A stretch of 64,000 bases of DNA, taken from Rhodothermales bacterium. GTDB taxonomy: Bacteria; Bacteroidota; Rhodothermia; Rhodothermales; Bin80. The DNA is taken from positions 2,865,687-2,929,686 of the forward strand of contig OZ241874.1 of the NCBI GenBank assembly GCA_965203305.1, given 5' to 3'. Shown here piece by piece: positions 49,439 to 60,393 of this stretch; the first letter of the stretch is position 1; each line of letters opens with the position of its first letter. The notes below the pieces were generated by a model. It saw only the letters and a list, made by a program, of their open reading frames with translations, was not told the DNA's origin and ran no database searches. Position numbers and translations under genes: made by a program.

Positions 49439-50143
49439 TTATGAGTCAGACTGATTCGGCTCATCGGTTTCTTTGAACTCGGGATGTATGGCCCCAAGTA
49501 CGCTTACACCGGCAGATACTCTCTCATTAACCTTTACTTTGACAGGAAGGTCAGCAGGAAACAAAACATCCATCCGGGATCCAAACCTTATCAGCCCAAA
49601 CCGCCTGCCCGCCTTGACCTGATCTCCCTCACTAACGTGAAAAACAACACGCCGGGCCAGAGTGCCTGCAATTTGCTTGAATAAGACTCTCTTTCCATTG
49701 GAATGCTCTATCCCTATCTGAGACTGCTCATTAAGAGTGGAGGATTTCGAATCCCATGCCAGGCGAAATTCTCCAGACTTGTAGGTCAGGTAGCGCACGA
49801 TTCCGCTGATCGGAATGCGATTTACGTGGACATCCAGTATGGAAAGAAAGATGGAAATCCGCCAAGCAGATCCCCCGACAAACAGTGACTCTTCCTCTTG
49901 TACAATCTCCAGAATTTTACCATCTGCGGGAGAGAGAATCAGGGAGTCAGCATCCTCTGGCAAAACCCTTTCTGGATCTCTGAAGAAGCAAGCTACCATG
50001 AGTCCAAGCCCTGGCAGCAGAAGTGGAACAAGGATAAGCTCAAGCCTCACGGGTATGCCAGGAATGAGCAGGAGTAATCCGGACAGGATCAATCCGAAAA
50101 AAAGTGCTATGACAACAAATATCCAGCCCTCACGAGCGATCAT
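49439..50143 (-). CDS. psd: Phosphatidylserine decarboxylase proenzyme (short form)
   Basis: LDVHVNRIPISG and the self-cleavage region RFGSRMD. Start placed at the ATG at 50143 (the track start is a TTG). Confidence 0.8.
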   Translation of the reverse strand: MIAREGWIFVVIALFFGLILSGLLLLIPGIPVRLELILVPLLLPGLGLMVACFFRDPERVLPEDADSLILSPADGKILEIVQEEESLFVGGSAWRISIFLSILDVHVNRIPISGIVRYLTYKSGEFRLAWDSKSSTLNEQSQIGIEHSNGKRVLFKQIAGTLARRVVFHVSEGDQVKAGRRFGLIRFGSRMDVLFPADLPVKVKVNERVSAGVSVLGAIHPEFKETDEPNQSDS

Positions 50144-50269
50144 GTCCTCTGCCTGCAAAGAAACCTCCCCATATTCTTCAGACACGATGGTCTGCTGAGT
50201 TGATACAAGAATGACATAGCTAAACAAAATAAGTATGCAGTCATTCTATCAGATTCAAACCGTCCATTG

Positions 50270-51565
50270 ATGAATCGGGTTTCATTTCATACGCTGGGTT
50301 GCAAACTGAATTTTGCTGAGACGAGCAGTCTGAGGAGGCAGTTTGAGAAGCGAGGGTTTGAGGCAGTTAACCCAAAAGATGCCTGCGATATTTCCATCAT
50401 CAATACCTGCTCGGTTACGGCAGAGGCAGACCGAAAGTGCCGCCAGATTATACGCCGTACTCATCGCTTGAACCCGGATGCATTTATTGTAGTCACCGGA
50501 TGCTATGCGCAACTCCGTCCGAAAGAGGTAGCCTCTATGGAAGGAGTTCATGCTGTACTGGGAAATGCAGAAAAAGCGCATCTCTTTGACCTGCTGAATG
50601 ATTTTTTGCCAAAAGAAAACCCGCATGTCAATGTGTCCTGCACAGGGAGCACCTCATCGTTTGATCCTGCCCTGTTGTCTGATGATCGTACCCGCGCATT
50701 CCTGAAGGTACAGGACGGATGCGACTATTCATGTTCCTTCTGCACAATTCCCATGGCTCGAGGAAAGAGTCGTTCTGCTTCCCCGGACCAGATCATTAAC
50801 CAGGCTAAAGATCTTGCAGAGCGCGGCACTAAAGAGATTGTTCTGACAGGAGTCAATATAGGACTCTATGGACAGGGCAGTCAAGACAGGAAAACGGATA
50901 TGAACCTGCTCCGGCTCCTGCATGAATTAGCTAAAGTAGACGGAATCCTGCGCTACCGGATCTCCTCCATTGAACCCAATCTGCTCACGGAAGAGATTAT
51001 TGACTATGTTGCTGAAAATCCTGTTATGGTACCTCATTTCCATATTCCCCTGCAGAGCGGGGATAATGCCACACTGGGAGCAATGCGACGGCGATATCAG
51101 AGAGAGCTGTACATGCAACGACTGAATTACATTCATACGCGCATGCCTGATGCAGGGATTGGCGCAGATGTTATTGTTGGCTTTCCTGCCGAAACTCCTG
51201 AACGCTTCGCAGAAACACACGCGTTTCTGGCAGATTTGCCAGTCACTTATCTGCATGTATTCACCTATTCGGAACGGCCCGGCACAACCTCCGCAGCACA
51301 ATCCTGCAGGCCTGTCCCACCCTCCGAATGCACAGCCCGCAATCAAAGACTTCAGGAACTCTCCAATCGCAAACAGAGAATGTTTCGGGAGCGATTTTAC
51401 GGTCAAACACGGCCGGTGCTCTGGGAGCACAGCACAAAATCTGGAAAGATGCACGGATATACGGACAATTATATCCGGGTTTCCTGTCCCTTTGACAGGC
51501 AGCGTGTCGGAGTAGTTGAACATGTCAGACTGGGCACCAGGGAGGCGGCTTTCGTCGCCGACTAG
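50270..51565 (+). CDS. mtaB: Radical-SAM methylthiotransferase, MtaB-like (MiaB/RimO family)
   Basis: N-terminal UPF0004 Cys triad (HTLGCKLN..NTCSVT..TGC) and the radical-SAM motif CDYSCSFC. Confidence 0.8.
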   Translation: MNRVSFHTLGCKLNFAETSSLRRQFEKRGFEAVNPKDACDISIINTCSVTAEADRKCRQIIRRTHRLNPDAFIVVTGCYAQLRPKEVASMEGVHAVLGNAEKAHLFDLLNDFLPKENPHVNVSCTGSTSSFDPALLSDDRTRAFLKVQDGCDYSCSFCTIPMARGKSRSASPDQIINQAKDLAERGTKEIVLTGVNIGLYGQGSQDRKTDMNLLRLLHELAKVDGILRYRISSIEPNLLTEEIIDYVAENPVMVPHFHIPLQSGDNATLGAMRRRYQRELYMQRLNYIHTRMPDAGIGADVIVGFPAETPERFAETHAFLADLPVTYLHVFTYSERPGTTSAAQSCRPVPPSECTARNQRLQELSNRKQRMFRERFYGQTRPVLWEHSTKSGKMHGYTDNYIRVSCPFDRQRVGVVEHVRLGTREAAFVAD

Positions 51566-52998
51566 CTGCCACACGCAGCTTCCACATCCTGGACGGTTTT
51601 GGGAATCGGCGGGCCCATAATTCTGCATCCTTCGGGAGTTACCTCAATATTCTCCTCAATACGCACTCCACCAAAGCCTTTCCAGGCAGACAGCTTTTCG
51701 TAATTGATAAAATTTTCGTGCCTCTGTTCACGTTCCCACTGGTCAATCAATGGACCAATAAAATAGCATCCTGGCTCAACGGTCAGTACAAATCCCGGCG
51801 CAGGAGATCTTCCAAACCGCAGAGATCTGAATCCAAATTGACTGCTTCTCTGCACTTCATCATCATAGCCAACCAGGTCTTCTCCCAGATTTTCCATGTC
51901 ATGTACATCCAGCCCCATCATGTGCCCCAGTCCATGCGGAAAGAACAGTGCATGAGCACCTGCGTCCACCGACTCCTCCAAATCCCCTCGCATCAGCCCA
52001 ATTTGCTGAAGCCTGTCTGTTAGTGTACGAGCAGCAGTCAGGTGACTTTCCCGAAACGGACGATACGGATGAATACTTGACAGTGCATCTGTCAACGAAT
52101 CCAGAACAGCCTGATAAATCTCGGTTTGACGAGAAGAAAATTTGCCCTGAACCGGGTAGGTTCTTGTAATATCACTGGCATACCCCTTCAGTGTTGCTGC
52201 TCCGCTATCCTGCACAACGAGATCACCTTGTTTAAGCTGACGGTGATAATGGTGATTATGCAAAACCTGCCCCTTTCCGGTCAAAATGCATGGATATGCC
52301 AGACGGCCTCCACCACTAATTGCAATCCCCTCCACAACACCGGCAATCTCTCGTTCAAACTTGCCTGCCTGAACGGATCGCATTGCTGCACGATACATCT
52401 CCCCTGTAACCTCGAGGGCTGCTTCTATCTCTGCCAGCTCCTTCGGCTCCTTGACGGAACGCTGACTAATCACGGCACGAGCGAGAACTTCCGAGTGTCC
52501 GTGAAGGCTCTCCCCTCGCTCCAGTTTCAGAAAATCTTCCAGTCCTTGGGCAGTTTCTGTGCGGTATGGAGGCAAATAGTGAATGTCTCGTTTCTGCGTC
52601 TGTGCCTGCTGAAGTATTCCGGGAATATCTGACAACTCACACACCTGATCAACTCCTGAGAGTTCTCCCAGCTCCGCCAGACTCAGCTGTGAACCAGACC
52701 AGATAATATCGTCTATTGTGGGTTCCCTGCCAAAGAGTATAGCCTGATTCTGATCTGCATCAATCATCAGAAACAGATCATGTTTGCCGATTCCCGCATA
52801 ATACAGGAACGTACTGTCCTGCCGGAATGGATAGGTGTTGTCCGCATAATTCATTGGACTCTCCACATTCCCCGGAAAAAGCGCAATTCCACTCCCCATA
52901 GACTCTATCAATTTCCTGCGGCGTGTGCGATACACATCAGCACTGAACATGGATTCTGAGTCCATCGTGTTAGAGATAGCTTTTAAAATGCTCGTCAA
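51562..52998 (-). CDS. Xaa-Pro aminopeptidase (M24B family)
   Basis: Metal ligands in DSGA....YASDITRT, HGLGHMMGLDVHD, VLTVEPG, and IEEN. Confidence 0.85.
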   Translation of the reverse strand: MTSILKAISNTMDSESMFSADVYRTRRRKLIESMGSGIALFPGNVESPMNYADNTYPFRQDSTFLYYAGIGKHDLFLMIDADQNQAILFGREPTIDDIIWSGSQLSLAELGELSGVDQVCELSDIPGILQQAQTQKRDIHYLPPYRTETAQGLEDFLKLERGESLHGHSEVLARAVISQRSVKEPKELAEIEAALEVTGEMYRAAMRSVQAGKFEREIAGVVEGIAISGGGRLAYPCILTGKGQVLHNHHYHRQLKQGDLVVQDSGAATLKGYASDITRTYPVQGKFSSRQTEIYQAVLDSLTDALSSIHPYRPFRESHLTAARTLTDRLQQIGLMRGDLEESVDAGAHALFFPHGLGHMMGLDVHDMENLGEDLVGYDDEVQRSSQFGFRSLRFGRSPAPGFVLTVEPGCYFIGPLIDQWEREQRHENFINYEKLSAWKGFGGVRIEENIEVTPEGCRIMGPPIPKTVQDVEAACGS

Positions 52999-53082
52999 GA
53001 TTGTTTTTGATGCCTGCCTACGAAGCGGAATGAGAACAATTTAGCAATTTTCCAGTAGAGGCCGGTTCTCTGAATCGTTCCC

Positions 53083-53544
53083 ATGCTTGCAAGAGGTCTC
53101 ATACTGACTCTGATGGCATTGTTCTGTGCGACCTGCAAGTCTCCCACAGCACCTGTTCCCTCGGACCCCAAGAATATTTCTGTCCCCCGTGCAGTCGCCG
53201 AAGAAGATTATGTTCAGCTGGACAATGGACTGAAATACTATGATTTCAAGGAAGGGACAGGGGATCCTGCAAAAAATCAGGACATCCTGAGCGTCCATTA
53301 TCATGGCTGGCTGACAGACAGCACCCTCTTTGATACGTCCTATCTCAAAGAGCAGCCCCATGTGTTCCGACTGGGGGCTGGAAATGTCATAGCAGGATGG
53401 GATCAGGGCCTTGTAGGGATGCGCCAGGGTGGAGAGCGTCAACTGGTGATTCCCCCCGAACTTGCCTATGGAGAGAGCGGCCGGGGTTCCATCCCGGCAA
53501 ATGCAACCCTGATCTTTGAGGTGATCCTGACCTCTATTGACTGA
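53083..53544 (+). CDS. FKBP-type peptidyl-prolyl isomerase
   Basis: V.VHY.G.L.D...FDTS......F.LG.G.VI.GWD.G...M..GG.R.L.IPPELAYG. Confidence 0.9.
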   Translation: MLARGLILTLMALFCATCKSPTAPVPSDPKNISVPRAVAEEDYVQLDNGLKYYDFKEGTGDPAKNQDILSVHYHGWLTDSTLFDTSYLKEQPHVFRLGAGNVIAGWDQGLVGMRQGGERQLVIPPELAYGESGRGSIPANATLIFEVILTSID

Positions 53545-56500
53545 TCCCTGCAGCATCCTCCTGAAGTACTGAGTCCAAAGTTTCGACAAGTCTGGCAGCA
53601 TCAGACCTGTTGAACACCATTGGCGGCTTGATCTTCAGCACATTGTGAAGTGGCCCGTCCGTTGAAACCAGAATGCCCCGATCCCGCATGCGGTTGGCGA
53701 TGTACTCTGCCTCCCGGTCTGCCGGCTCCAGTGTCCTGGAATCTCTCACCAGCTCGACTCCCAGAAATAATCCCTTCCCCCGCACATCTCCAATAATCGG
53801 ATGTTTCCCCTTCAAGGATTCAAGAACTCGCTTTAGAAAATCTCCCGTGGCCCGTGCATTTTCCTGAAGATTTTCTGATTCAATTACATCCAGCACTGCC
53901 ATCCCCGTCATGCAGGAAACCGGATTCCCTCCGAATGTGCTGAAAAATTCCATCCCGTTATCAAAGGACTGTGCGATCTCGGGAGTCGTCACAACGCCGG
54001 CAAGGGGGTGCCCGTTGCCCATAGGCTTGCCAAGTACAACAATATCTGGAATCACCTTCTGCGACTGGAACCCCCAGAAATCACTCCCTGTGCGCCCGAA
54101 TCCTACCTGTACCTCATCAGCAATGCAGATTCCTCCTGCCGTGCGTACATGCGCATACACTTCCTTCAGATATCCCTGTGGCAACTCAATCTGCCCGCCA
54201 CAACCAAGAAGAGACTCACAGATAAAAGCGGCAATCCCGCTGGAGACGGAGTTGATCTTTGATTGCACTGCCCGGGCATACTGTCCTCCCGCATCAGCTC
54301 CGCGAAACTGCCCCCGGTATACATCCGGAACCGGAACGAGATGAACATATGGAGGAGCACCTGTGCCGCCGGGGCCATCAAACTTGTACGGACTGATCGC
54401 AATCAGGGAACTCAAATGACCATGATAGGCACCCTCCAGAACAACAATATCCCGACGACCTGTGTGTGCAAACGCCAAACGCAATGCCAGATCATTGGCC
54501 TCGCTCCCCGAATTCACGAAATAACATACGCCCAGTGGATCTGGCATGGTCGCAGCCAGCCGCTCCGCATACTCTACAAGGGTTCGATGCAGGTATCGTG
54601 TGTTCGTATTCAAAACTCGCATCTGGCGAATCGCTGCGGCATTTACCCGGGGGTGACTATGCCCTACATGAGGGACATTGTTTACCGCGTCAAGGAATGC
54701 CCGACCAGTCTCATCGTACAGGTACTGACGATGTCCACGCACAATCTGCAGCGGGGTTCGGTAAGAAATACTGAGATTCCCCCCAATACATTCTTTTCTA
54801 CGAGAGTGAATGTTCTGCGTGGAAGGTTCCGGGACAGACAGTTGCTCATCACGGATTCCAAGCAAAAGGTTAGGATCTGGACAGACGGAGAGCCATGTGT
54901 CTCGCTGACTTGCGGGTGCTACTCCCCAGTATGCACCGGACTGGCCCAGCAGATCCGCAATCACCTGAAAATGCAAATGGGGAATCCATCCACCATTTTC
55001 CTCGGGGCTTCCAAGATGCGCAAATTGTTCTCCCTGATCTATTTCCTGTCCCGGCTGAAGCTGCCGGACGGAATCCTGGCTAAGATGACCGTACAGTGTG
55101 TAGAAGCTCTCTCCTCCTGTCACATGCTCCAGAATTACAAGTCCCCCGAAATCCATCGGATTTTGACGGAACGAAAGGCTGTGCACATGACCCGCAACGG
55201 GAGCATAAACTGGTGTCCCGGACTCCTTGAACAAATCTATGCCCAAATGAATGGTTCGGCTCTCATCAAAATCATTACTGAAGAATTGATAATGCTCTGC
55301 CGTATAGACAGTTCTGGGTTCATTGTACCGTCCAACTCCAATCTCAGCACCCGCACGACGAATTCTCCGAAACCATGCCGCTGAGGCTTTTTCCGGATCC
55401 GGCTGCCTGTCAGAAGGCGTGACCAGAGGACTGCTGACACTGAGGTCCAGTACCAGAGGAGCCTGTGTGCACAGGTCTGGCTGCATTACTGGTGCAAATA
55501 CCTGCTTTTGAAGCTGGCTGACGAGGCGTTTATTTTTCGGACATGGTTCCATGCCACAGGCCGATCTCCACCGATACTCTGCCAGTGACGAGGATTCTGC
55601 ACACAGATACTCAAGCAGAGACCATGCTCCCTTTTCTGATACAAGAATGTATTCATTTTCCGGATCCAATGCCCCCCTGTACGCCGAAACCAGTACACTG
55701 CAACAGAGGCGAGCTCTGATCAACCCGTGCAGGACAGCAATCTCCGTCTCTTCCAGGGGAAATGCCTTGTGATAGCCATGGACAACTTCCGCCGCCGCTC
55801 CAACCGGATCCCGCTTCATCATCATCACATAGGCTGCCGCAATGGCCAGCTCTGCAATTGTGGCTGTGCGCAGCGCATCCCCAAAATCAATGAGCCCACA
55901 AACACGGGTCTGATAGCCCGTGCCCTGAACAAGGATATTATGATCATTGGCATCGTGATGAATCACGCTCTGTCGAAACTGATCAAAGGAGGATAAAACT
56001 TCATTCTGGAAGAAGTCCAGTGAATTCTCCACCAGTCTGCGCTTTCCGGCATCCTGGACATGCTCTAGATATTCGGAGAAGTGGACCGCTTTGCGCAAAT
56101 CCCATTCATAATCACGGCGCGCCGATTCATGCCTGAAACCTTCCAGTGTCCGGTCAAGTGATCCGAGAAAGTATCCCATATCCTGTAATAGCGGCCCCAG
56201 TACGGGGTTTACGTTTGCCAGCGTTCGCCCGGCAAGCCAGGTGACCATCCATGCCTGATGATGCTCTCCCGTCCTGCCCTCCACAATTACTTTTGGATCC
56301 CCTCCCTGAGAAGGCACAACAGTCGGGAAACAGACCCGTGTGTCATTCTCTTGCAGATACGAGATAACAGCCTGCTGAAAATCTACATAATCGGAGTCTG
56401 CCGCTGCATTGGCAATCTTCAGGACATAGGATCCTGTGTTTGTTTTCAGACGAAAATTTTGATCCAGATGACTGGGCAGCTCCGACACAGCACCGCTGAG

Positions 56501-56569
56501 TCCAAAATACTCCTGCGCTAGGGACTGAGCCTCAGAAGACGAAAAATCTGGTGCAGCGTTCTTGATCAT
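53534..56569 (-). CDS. Three-domain fusion protein: APH-type kinase, M23 metallopeptidase-like domain, and class-III aminotransferase-fold (AGXT2L-type phospho-lyase-like) domain
   Basis: Kinase domain: [11 protein letters not shown] and IDFGDA. M23 domain: HLGIDL (HxxxD) and HLHFQV (HxH). C-terminal domain: [54 protein letters not shown], and [10 protein letters not shown]. Confidence 0.85.
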   Translation of the reverse strand: MIKNAAPDFSSSEAQSLAQEYFGLSGAVSELPSHLDQNFRLKTNTGSYVLKIANAAADSDYVDFQQAVISYLQENDTRVCFPTVVPSQGGDPKVIVEGRTGEHHQAWMVTWLAGRTLANVNPVLGPLLQDMGYFLGSLDRTLEGFRHESARRDYEWDLRKAVHFSEYLEHVQDAGKRRLVENSLDFFQNEVLSSFDQFRQSVIHHDANDHNILVQGTGYQTRVCGLIDFGDALRTATIAELAIAAAYVMMMKRDPVGAAAEVVHGYHKAFPLEETEIAVLHGLIRARLCCSVLVSAYRGALDPENEYILVSEKGAWSLLEYLCAESSSLAEYRWRSACGMEPCPKNKRLVSQLQKQVFAPVMQPDLCTQAPLVLDLSVSSPLVTPSDRQPDPEKASAAWFRRIRRAGAEIGVGRYNEPRTVYTAEHYQFFSNDFDESRTIHLGIDLFKESGTPVYAPVAGHVHSLSFRQNPMDFGGLVILEHVTGGESFYTLYGHLSQDSVRQLQPGQEIDQGEQFAHLGSPEENGGWIPHLHFQVIADLLGQSGAYWGVAPASQRDTWLSVCPDPNLLLGIRDEQLSVPEPSTQNIHSRRKECIGGNLSISYRTPLQIVRGHRQYLYDETGRAFLDAVNNVPHVGHSHPRVNAAAIRQMRVLNTNTRYLHRTLVEYAERLAATMPDPLGVCYFVNSGSEANDLALRLAFAHTGRRDIVVLEGAYHGHLSSLIAISPYKFDGPGGTGAPPYVHLVPVPDVYRGQFRGADAGGQYARAVQSKINSVSSGIAAFICESLLGCGGQIELPQGYLKEVYAHVRTAGGICIADEVQVGFGRTGSDFWGFQSQKVIPDIVVLGKPMGNGHPLAGVVTTPEIAQSFDNGMEFFSTFGGNPVSCMTGMAVLDVIESENLQENARATGDFLKRVLESLKGKHPIIGDVRGKGLFLGVELVRDSRTLEPADREAEYIANRMRDRGILVSTDGPLHNVLKIKPPMVFNRSDAARLVETLDSVLQEDAAGISQ

Positions 56570-56861
56570 GGATAATTGCCGCCTGAAATTTGATCAAACT
56601 TGTGTCATGTTCACCCTGTGCAACCGTACATGCCCTGGATTATCCTGGATTGGAGCAGTGACTGGGGAGTGACGAAGTCTCTCATCCGTGTCCAAAGCAG
56701 AATTCGCAATCCAGTCTGCATGTTTCTGAATAAATTCTGCTTGGGAACGCCCTGCCTGGAGAATAGATCAGGGGCTAGTAGTGTGTACCCGTTTCTTCCA
56801 TCAGGGTATGGGAAGGTCTGCAATGTTACGATCCTTGCAAGGATCCTGCCCCCGAGCATAT

Positions 56862-58019
56862 CTATTCAGACGAGATCCGTCGAACCCGTGCCTCAATCCC
56901 CCGACCGAGTACATGAATATGGGGACTTCGGTGATATCTCTGTTCATATTCCACTGCAACAGATTCCGTAATGAACTGCACATCTTCCTCCTTCACCAGA
57001 CTGACAATGCACCCGCCAAACCCTCCCCCTATCATCCGTGCTCCAAAAACTCCGGGAAGCTCCCTGGCACACGCAACCATAAAATCCAGTTCTTCACAAC
57101 TCACCTCATAGTCATCTCTCAGGCTTGCGTGTGATGCACTCAGAATATGCCCCAGACCGAACCAGTCCAAATCTTCTATGGTACTGCAGGCCTTCTTCAC
57201 CCGCTCATTCTCATGAAGTACATGCCGGATGCGTCGTCGTAAAAGAGTATCCCTGAGATGCAATACATGATGGTGCTCTGCATGACGGAGTGACCGAATG
57301 GATGGATCTGCGGCACACAGATGCTGCAGTGCCCTCTGACATTCAGCCCGTCGTTCATTATACTTTGAGCCGGCAAGCTGTCTCTCCACTCTGCTATCCA
57401 TAACAACAAACCGTATGTCCTTATTTGGGAGTGGGATATGCTGCCACTCCAGCGTGTGACAGTCCAGAAAAAGAGCATGGTCTGGACGACCAACTCGCGA
57501 GACAATCTGATCCATAATTCCGCATTGAACATTGAGGTACCGATGCTCCACCACCTGACCGATTCTGGCAAGCTCCATCGGATTTTCTGGAATGCCGCGC
57601 AACTCTTCCAATGCAAGTCCGACTGCGATCTCTAGTGCCGCGGAGGAGCCTAGTCCTGCTCCTGTGGGAATGTCCCCGATAATCAGCATCTCAACAGGAG
57701 CTGGAGGAGGCAGTTCTCGTATCATGCCTGCCACATACGATGCCCAGTGTACTTGCGGCACCCCGGACCACTCCCCTGATAAAAAGGACACTTCTTCCTG
57801 GTAATTCCAGGAACGGAAATGATGGCTGCCTTTTATGCTGAGTCGTGCAGCAACATACACAGCTCTGTCCATGATCATCGGCAGTGCCAGCCCGTCATTG
57901 TAATCCGTATGATCTCCGATCAGATTGACTCTGCCGGGGGCACATGCCAGAATTAAGTGGTGGGCATTTCCCCGCCAGCTGGAGAATGCTTCTATGGCGG
58001 TCTGCTCCAGATCAGCCAT
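56862..58019 (-). CDS. galK: Galactokinase
   Basis: GRVNLIGDHTDYNDG signature and the GHMP motif PTGAGLGSSAA. Confidence 0.9.
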   Translation of the reverse strand: MADLEQTAIEAFSSWRGNAHHLILACAPGRVNLIGDHTDYNDGLALPMIMDRAVYVAARLSIKGSHHFRSWNYQEEVSFLSGEWSGVPQVHWASYVAGMIRELPPPAPVEMLIIGDIPTGAGLGSSAALEIAVGLALEELRGIPENPMELARIGQVVEHRYLNVQCGIMDQIVSRVGRPDHALFLDCHTLEWQHIPLPNKDIRFVVMDSRVERQLAGSKYNERRAECQRALQHLCAADPSIRSLRHAEHHHVLHLRDTLLRRRIRHVLHENERVKKACSTIEDLDWFGLGHILSASHASLRDDYEVSCEELDFMVACARELPGVFGARMIGGGFGGCIVSLVKEEDVQFITESVAVEYEQRYHRSPHIHVLGRGIEARVRRISSE

Positions 58020-58201
58020 GTTTCCTCTGAAATTCTATACTTGTCAGGAGCGGTTCCCCTGTCTGCGACTCATACGCGAAAATAGCGGACCGGCTCACAT
58101 CGGTCCCATTCTTTATAAACCTGCTATTGCCGGGACTGTAAGGAACACAAGAAACTACATGCCTTAGCATTCGTAAAGTAGATTAGACAAGATACTGCCC
58201 G

Positions 58202-59356
58202 ATGGAACGCGGTTTCATATTCGCACCTTTCTTCCTGTCCATTCTGTTCTTTGGATGTCAGCAGAGTGCACAGTCCCAGGAACAGGTATCCCCCGCGGAG
58301 CCGGCCATTTCCGTAGATCAGTCCATCACACTCAGCCGCCAGACTGCAATCACACGGGCTGTAGAAGCCGCAACGCCTGCCATTGTCAGTATCAATGTCA
58401 TTGAGTTGCAGCAGGTGGTATATCAAGATCCCTTTGCAGATTTTTTGCAGGATCCCTTTTTCGGACAGTTCTTTTCCGAAAGACAGTCCAGAGTGATTGA
58501 ACGGCGGGTACAGAACCTGGGGAGTGGATTTCTGATATCACCGGATGGCTATATCGTAACAAATCATCATGTGGCCGGCAATGCCACCAAGGTTACGGTT
58601 TCGCTCACGGACGGACAGACTCTGGAAGCAGAGCTGATTGGGGGCGACAAGGCGACCGACCTGGCACTTCTAAAGGTCTCTCCCGAACGCCCTCTCAAGT
58701 ACTTGCGCTTTTCTGACTCTCAGGAACCCATTGTGGGAGAGTGGGCCATTGCCCTCGGCAATCCCTTTGGCCTCTTTGAAGCAGCGGCTCCCAGTGTTAC
58801 CGTAGGAGTCGTCAGTGCCGCCAGGAGAGATCTGGGAAGTCAGGACGGGCGCATCTATCACGACATGATCCAAACAGATGCCGCAATCAACCGGGGGAAC
58901 TCCGGTGGTCCGCTCATCAATGCACTTGGGGAGGTGATTGGCGTGAACTCTGCAATCTACAGCGAAAGCGGAGGATCCGTTGGACTCGGGTTCGCTGTTC
59001 CCGCTGCCAAGGCCCAGCGAATTATCAATGAACTGCGGGATACCGGCCAGGTAGATCGCTCCTATTACACTGGCATCAGCTTCGTTGCTGTCACTGCACG
59101 TATCGCCGAAGCACTGGATCTGACGGACACCAGAGGGCTTCTGATTGCTGATGTAGACTCCGGCTCTCCCGCCGAAGAAGCCGGGCTCCTGCCATACGAT
59201 CTGATTGTGTCTGTGGAAGGAGAGCAGATATCAAACCAGGATGACTATATTGCCCGAATCTTTGATTTCCGGCCCGGGGATATCGTTACCTATCATGTGC
59301 TGAGGGACAATCGGAGGGTGGAGTTACGTCTGCGAATTGGACGGCTGGAAAGCTGA
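58202..59356 (+). CDS. HtrA/DegQ-family serine protease with PDZ domain
   Basis: Catalytic triad context TNHHV, DLALLKV, and GNSGGPL. C-terminal PDZ (GLLIADVDSGSPAEEAGL). Confidence 0.9.
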   Translation: MERGFIFAPFFLSILFFGCQQSAQSQEQVSPAEPAISVDQSITLSRQTAITRAVEAATPAIVSINVIELQQVVYQDPFADFLQDPFFGQFFSERQSRVIERRVQNLGSGFLISPDGYIVTNHHVAGNATKVTVSLTDGQTLEAELIGGDKATDLALLKVSPERPLKYLRFSDSQEPIVGEWAIALGNPFGLFEAAAPSVTVGVVSAARRDLGSQDGRIYHDMIQTDAAINRGNSGGPLINALGEVIGVNSAIYSESGGSVGLGFAVPAAKAQRIINELRDTGQVDRSYYTGISFVAVTARIAEALDLTDTRGLLIADVDSGSPAEEAGLLPYDLIVSVEGEQISNQDDYIARIFDFRPGDIVTYHVLRDNRRVELRLRIGRLES

Positions 59357-59361
59357 CAGGT

Positions 59362-60393
59362 CTGTCTCATATTCGCTCTGCCTGTCTGCCCCTCGGCTTT
59401 TGCATCCTGTTGACAGGGTGCTTCCCGTCATCCTGTCGGCGCATTGAATCCAGGGCAGTATCTCCGGCCGACTCTGTTTCCCGGGCAATTGCCGCAGATA
59501 TCTCGCCTGACACACTGGCACCCCCAACAGTTCTTGGCGAAATTCATCTGGAATACCCCCGAACCGTACTGTTCGGGAACGATGAGCGGATTTACGTGAG
59601 TGACACGAAGAATGGCCACATCCATGTCTTTGCACCACAAGGCAAACTTGAGTCTTCCTTCACACTTCCTGGCACCGAATTTCCCTACCTTGCCGGATGG
59701 CGATCCGACTCACTTATTGTCTTTGACCCGGAAGGCCGCAGGTTTCATCTTGTTGTTGACACATTGAGTGTCATGTCTGTAACTGCTGCAAAGACTCCCG
59801 AAAATTCATTGCACTATGCACTGGCAAGCGGATCCCGGTTCTATCTCAAGGCAGTGACGCGGGATACAACCCATTTTCTGTGGACATTTGACCGGGCCGG
59901 AGCTCCGATCCATGAATCCGTGCTACACGGTTCTTCTTGGGAACACGCAGGGTTTCTGCGCCAATTTAACGGCAAGGTAGTGAGCCTGAGCGGATTTTAC
60001 CCCTGGGCCCTGAACTGGTCGGAAGACTTGTCGGATGGACCGGACACATTGCGCTGGCGCGGATTTGACTCCCCAATGCTACGACGTACCTATGTATTTG
60101 ATCAGGGACAGGGACGCGGGCCCCCTCTCATCACGAGTTCGGCCGCATTCGCAGGGGAGTTCTGGTTCGTACTTAACCAGCGGGCCGGCTGGCTTCGCGT
60201 GGATCTCTACGATACCTCCGGTATGCTTCAGCATATACTGGTGGAGGCCAGTCCGGAATATCTCAAGGAATTTTACCCGATTGATCTCGCCGCACATCTG
60301 AATCTGGATGGAACCTATCAACTGGCGATCGCACTGGTAGCACCAAAACCCTCTGTACGGGTGTACAAGTGGACACGCCCAAAACAACTATGA
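59362..60393 (+). CDS. Hypothetical lipoprotein, probably using a non-canonical start
   Basis: The first ATG/GTG/TTG in frame is the TTG at 59410, which lies inside a lipoprotein signal peptide (..SHIRSACLPLGFCILLTGC). A CTG at 59362 or an ATT at 59371 would supply the full signal. The stop overlaps the next gene start (ATGA). Confidence 0.5.
   Translation: MSHIRSACLPLGFCILLTGCFPSSCRRIESRAVSPADSVSRAIAADISPDTLAPPTVLGEIHLEYPRTVLFGNDERIYVSDTKNGHIHVFAPQGKLESSFTLPGTEFPYLAGWRSDSLIVFDPEGRRFHLVVDTLSVMSVTAAKTPENSLHYALASGSRFYLKAVTRDTTHFLWTFDRAGAPIHESVLHGSSWEHAGFLRQFNGKVVSLSGFYPWALNWSEDLSDGPDTLRWRGFDSPMLRRTYVFDQGQGRGPPLITSSAAFAGEFWFVLNQRAGWLRVDLYDTSGMLQHILVEASPEYLKEFYPIDLAAHLNLDGTYQLAIALVAPKPSVRVYKWTRPKQL

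Noticed and set aside
54263-55384. 373-aa plus-strand ORF. Similar ORFs lie inside sprA at 19413-20381, 20448-21281, 21666-22307 and 24135-24926.
   Set aside because: All are antisense to long genes with strong motif support. They are shadow ORFs typical of this codon usage.
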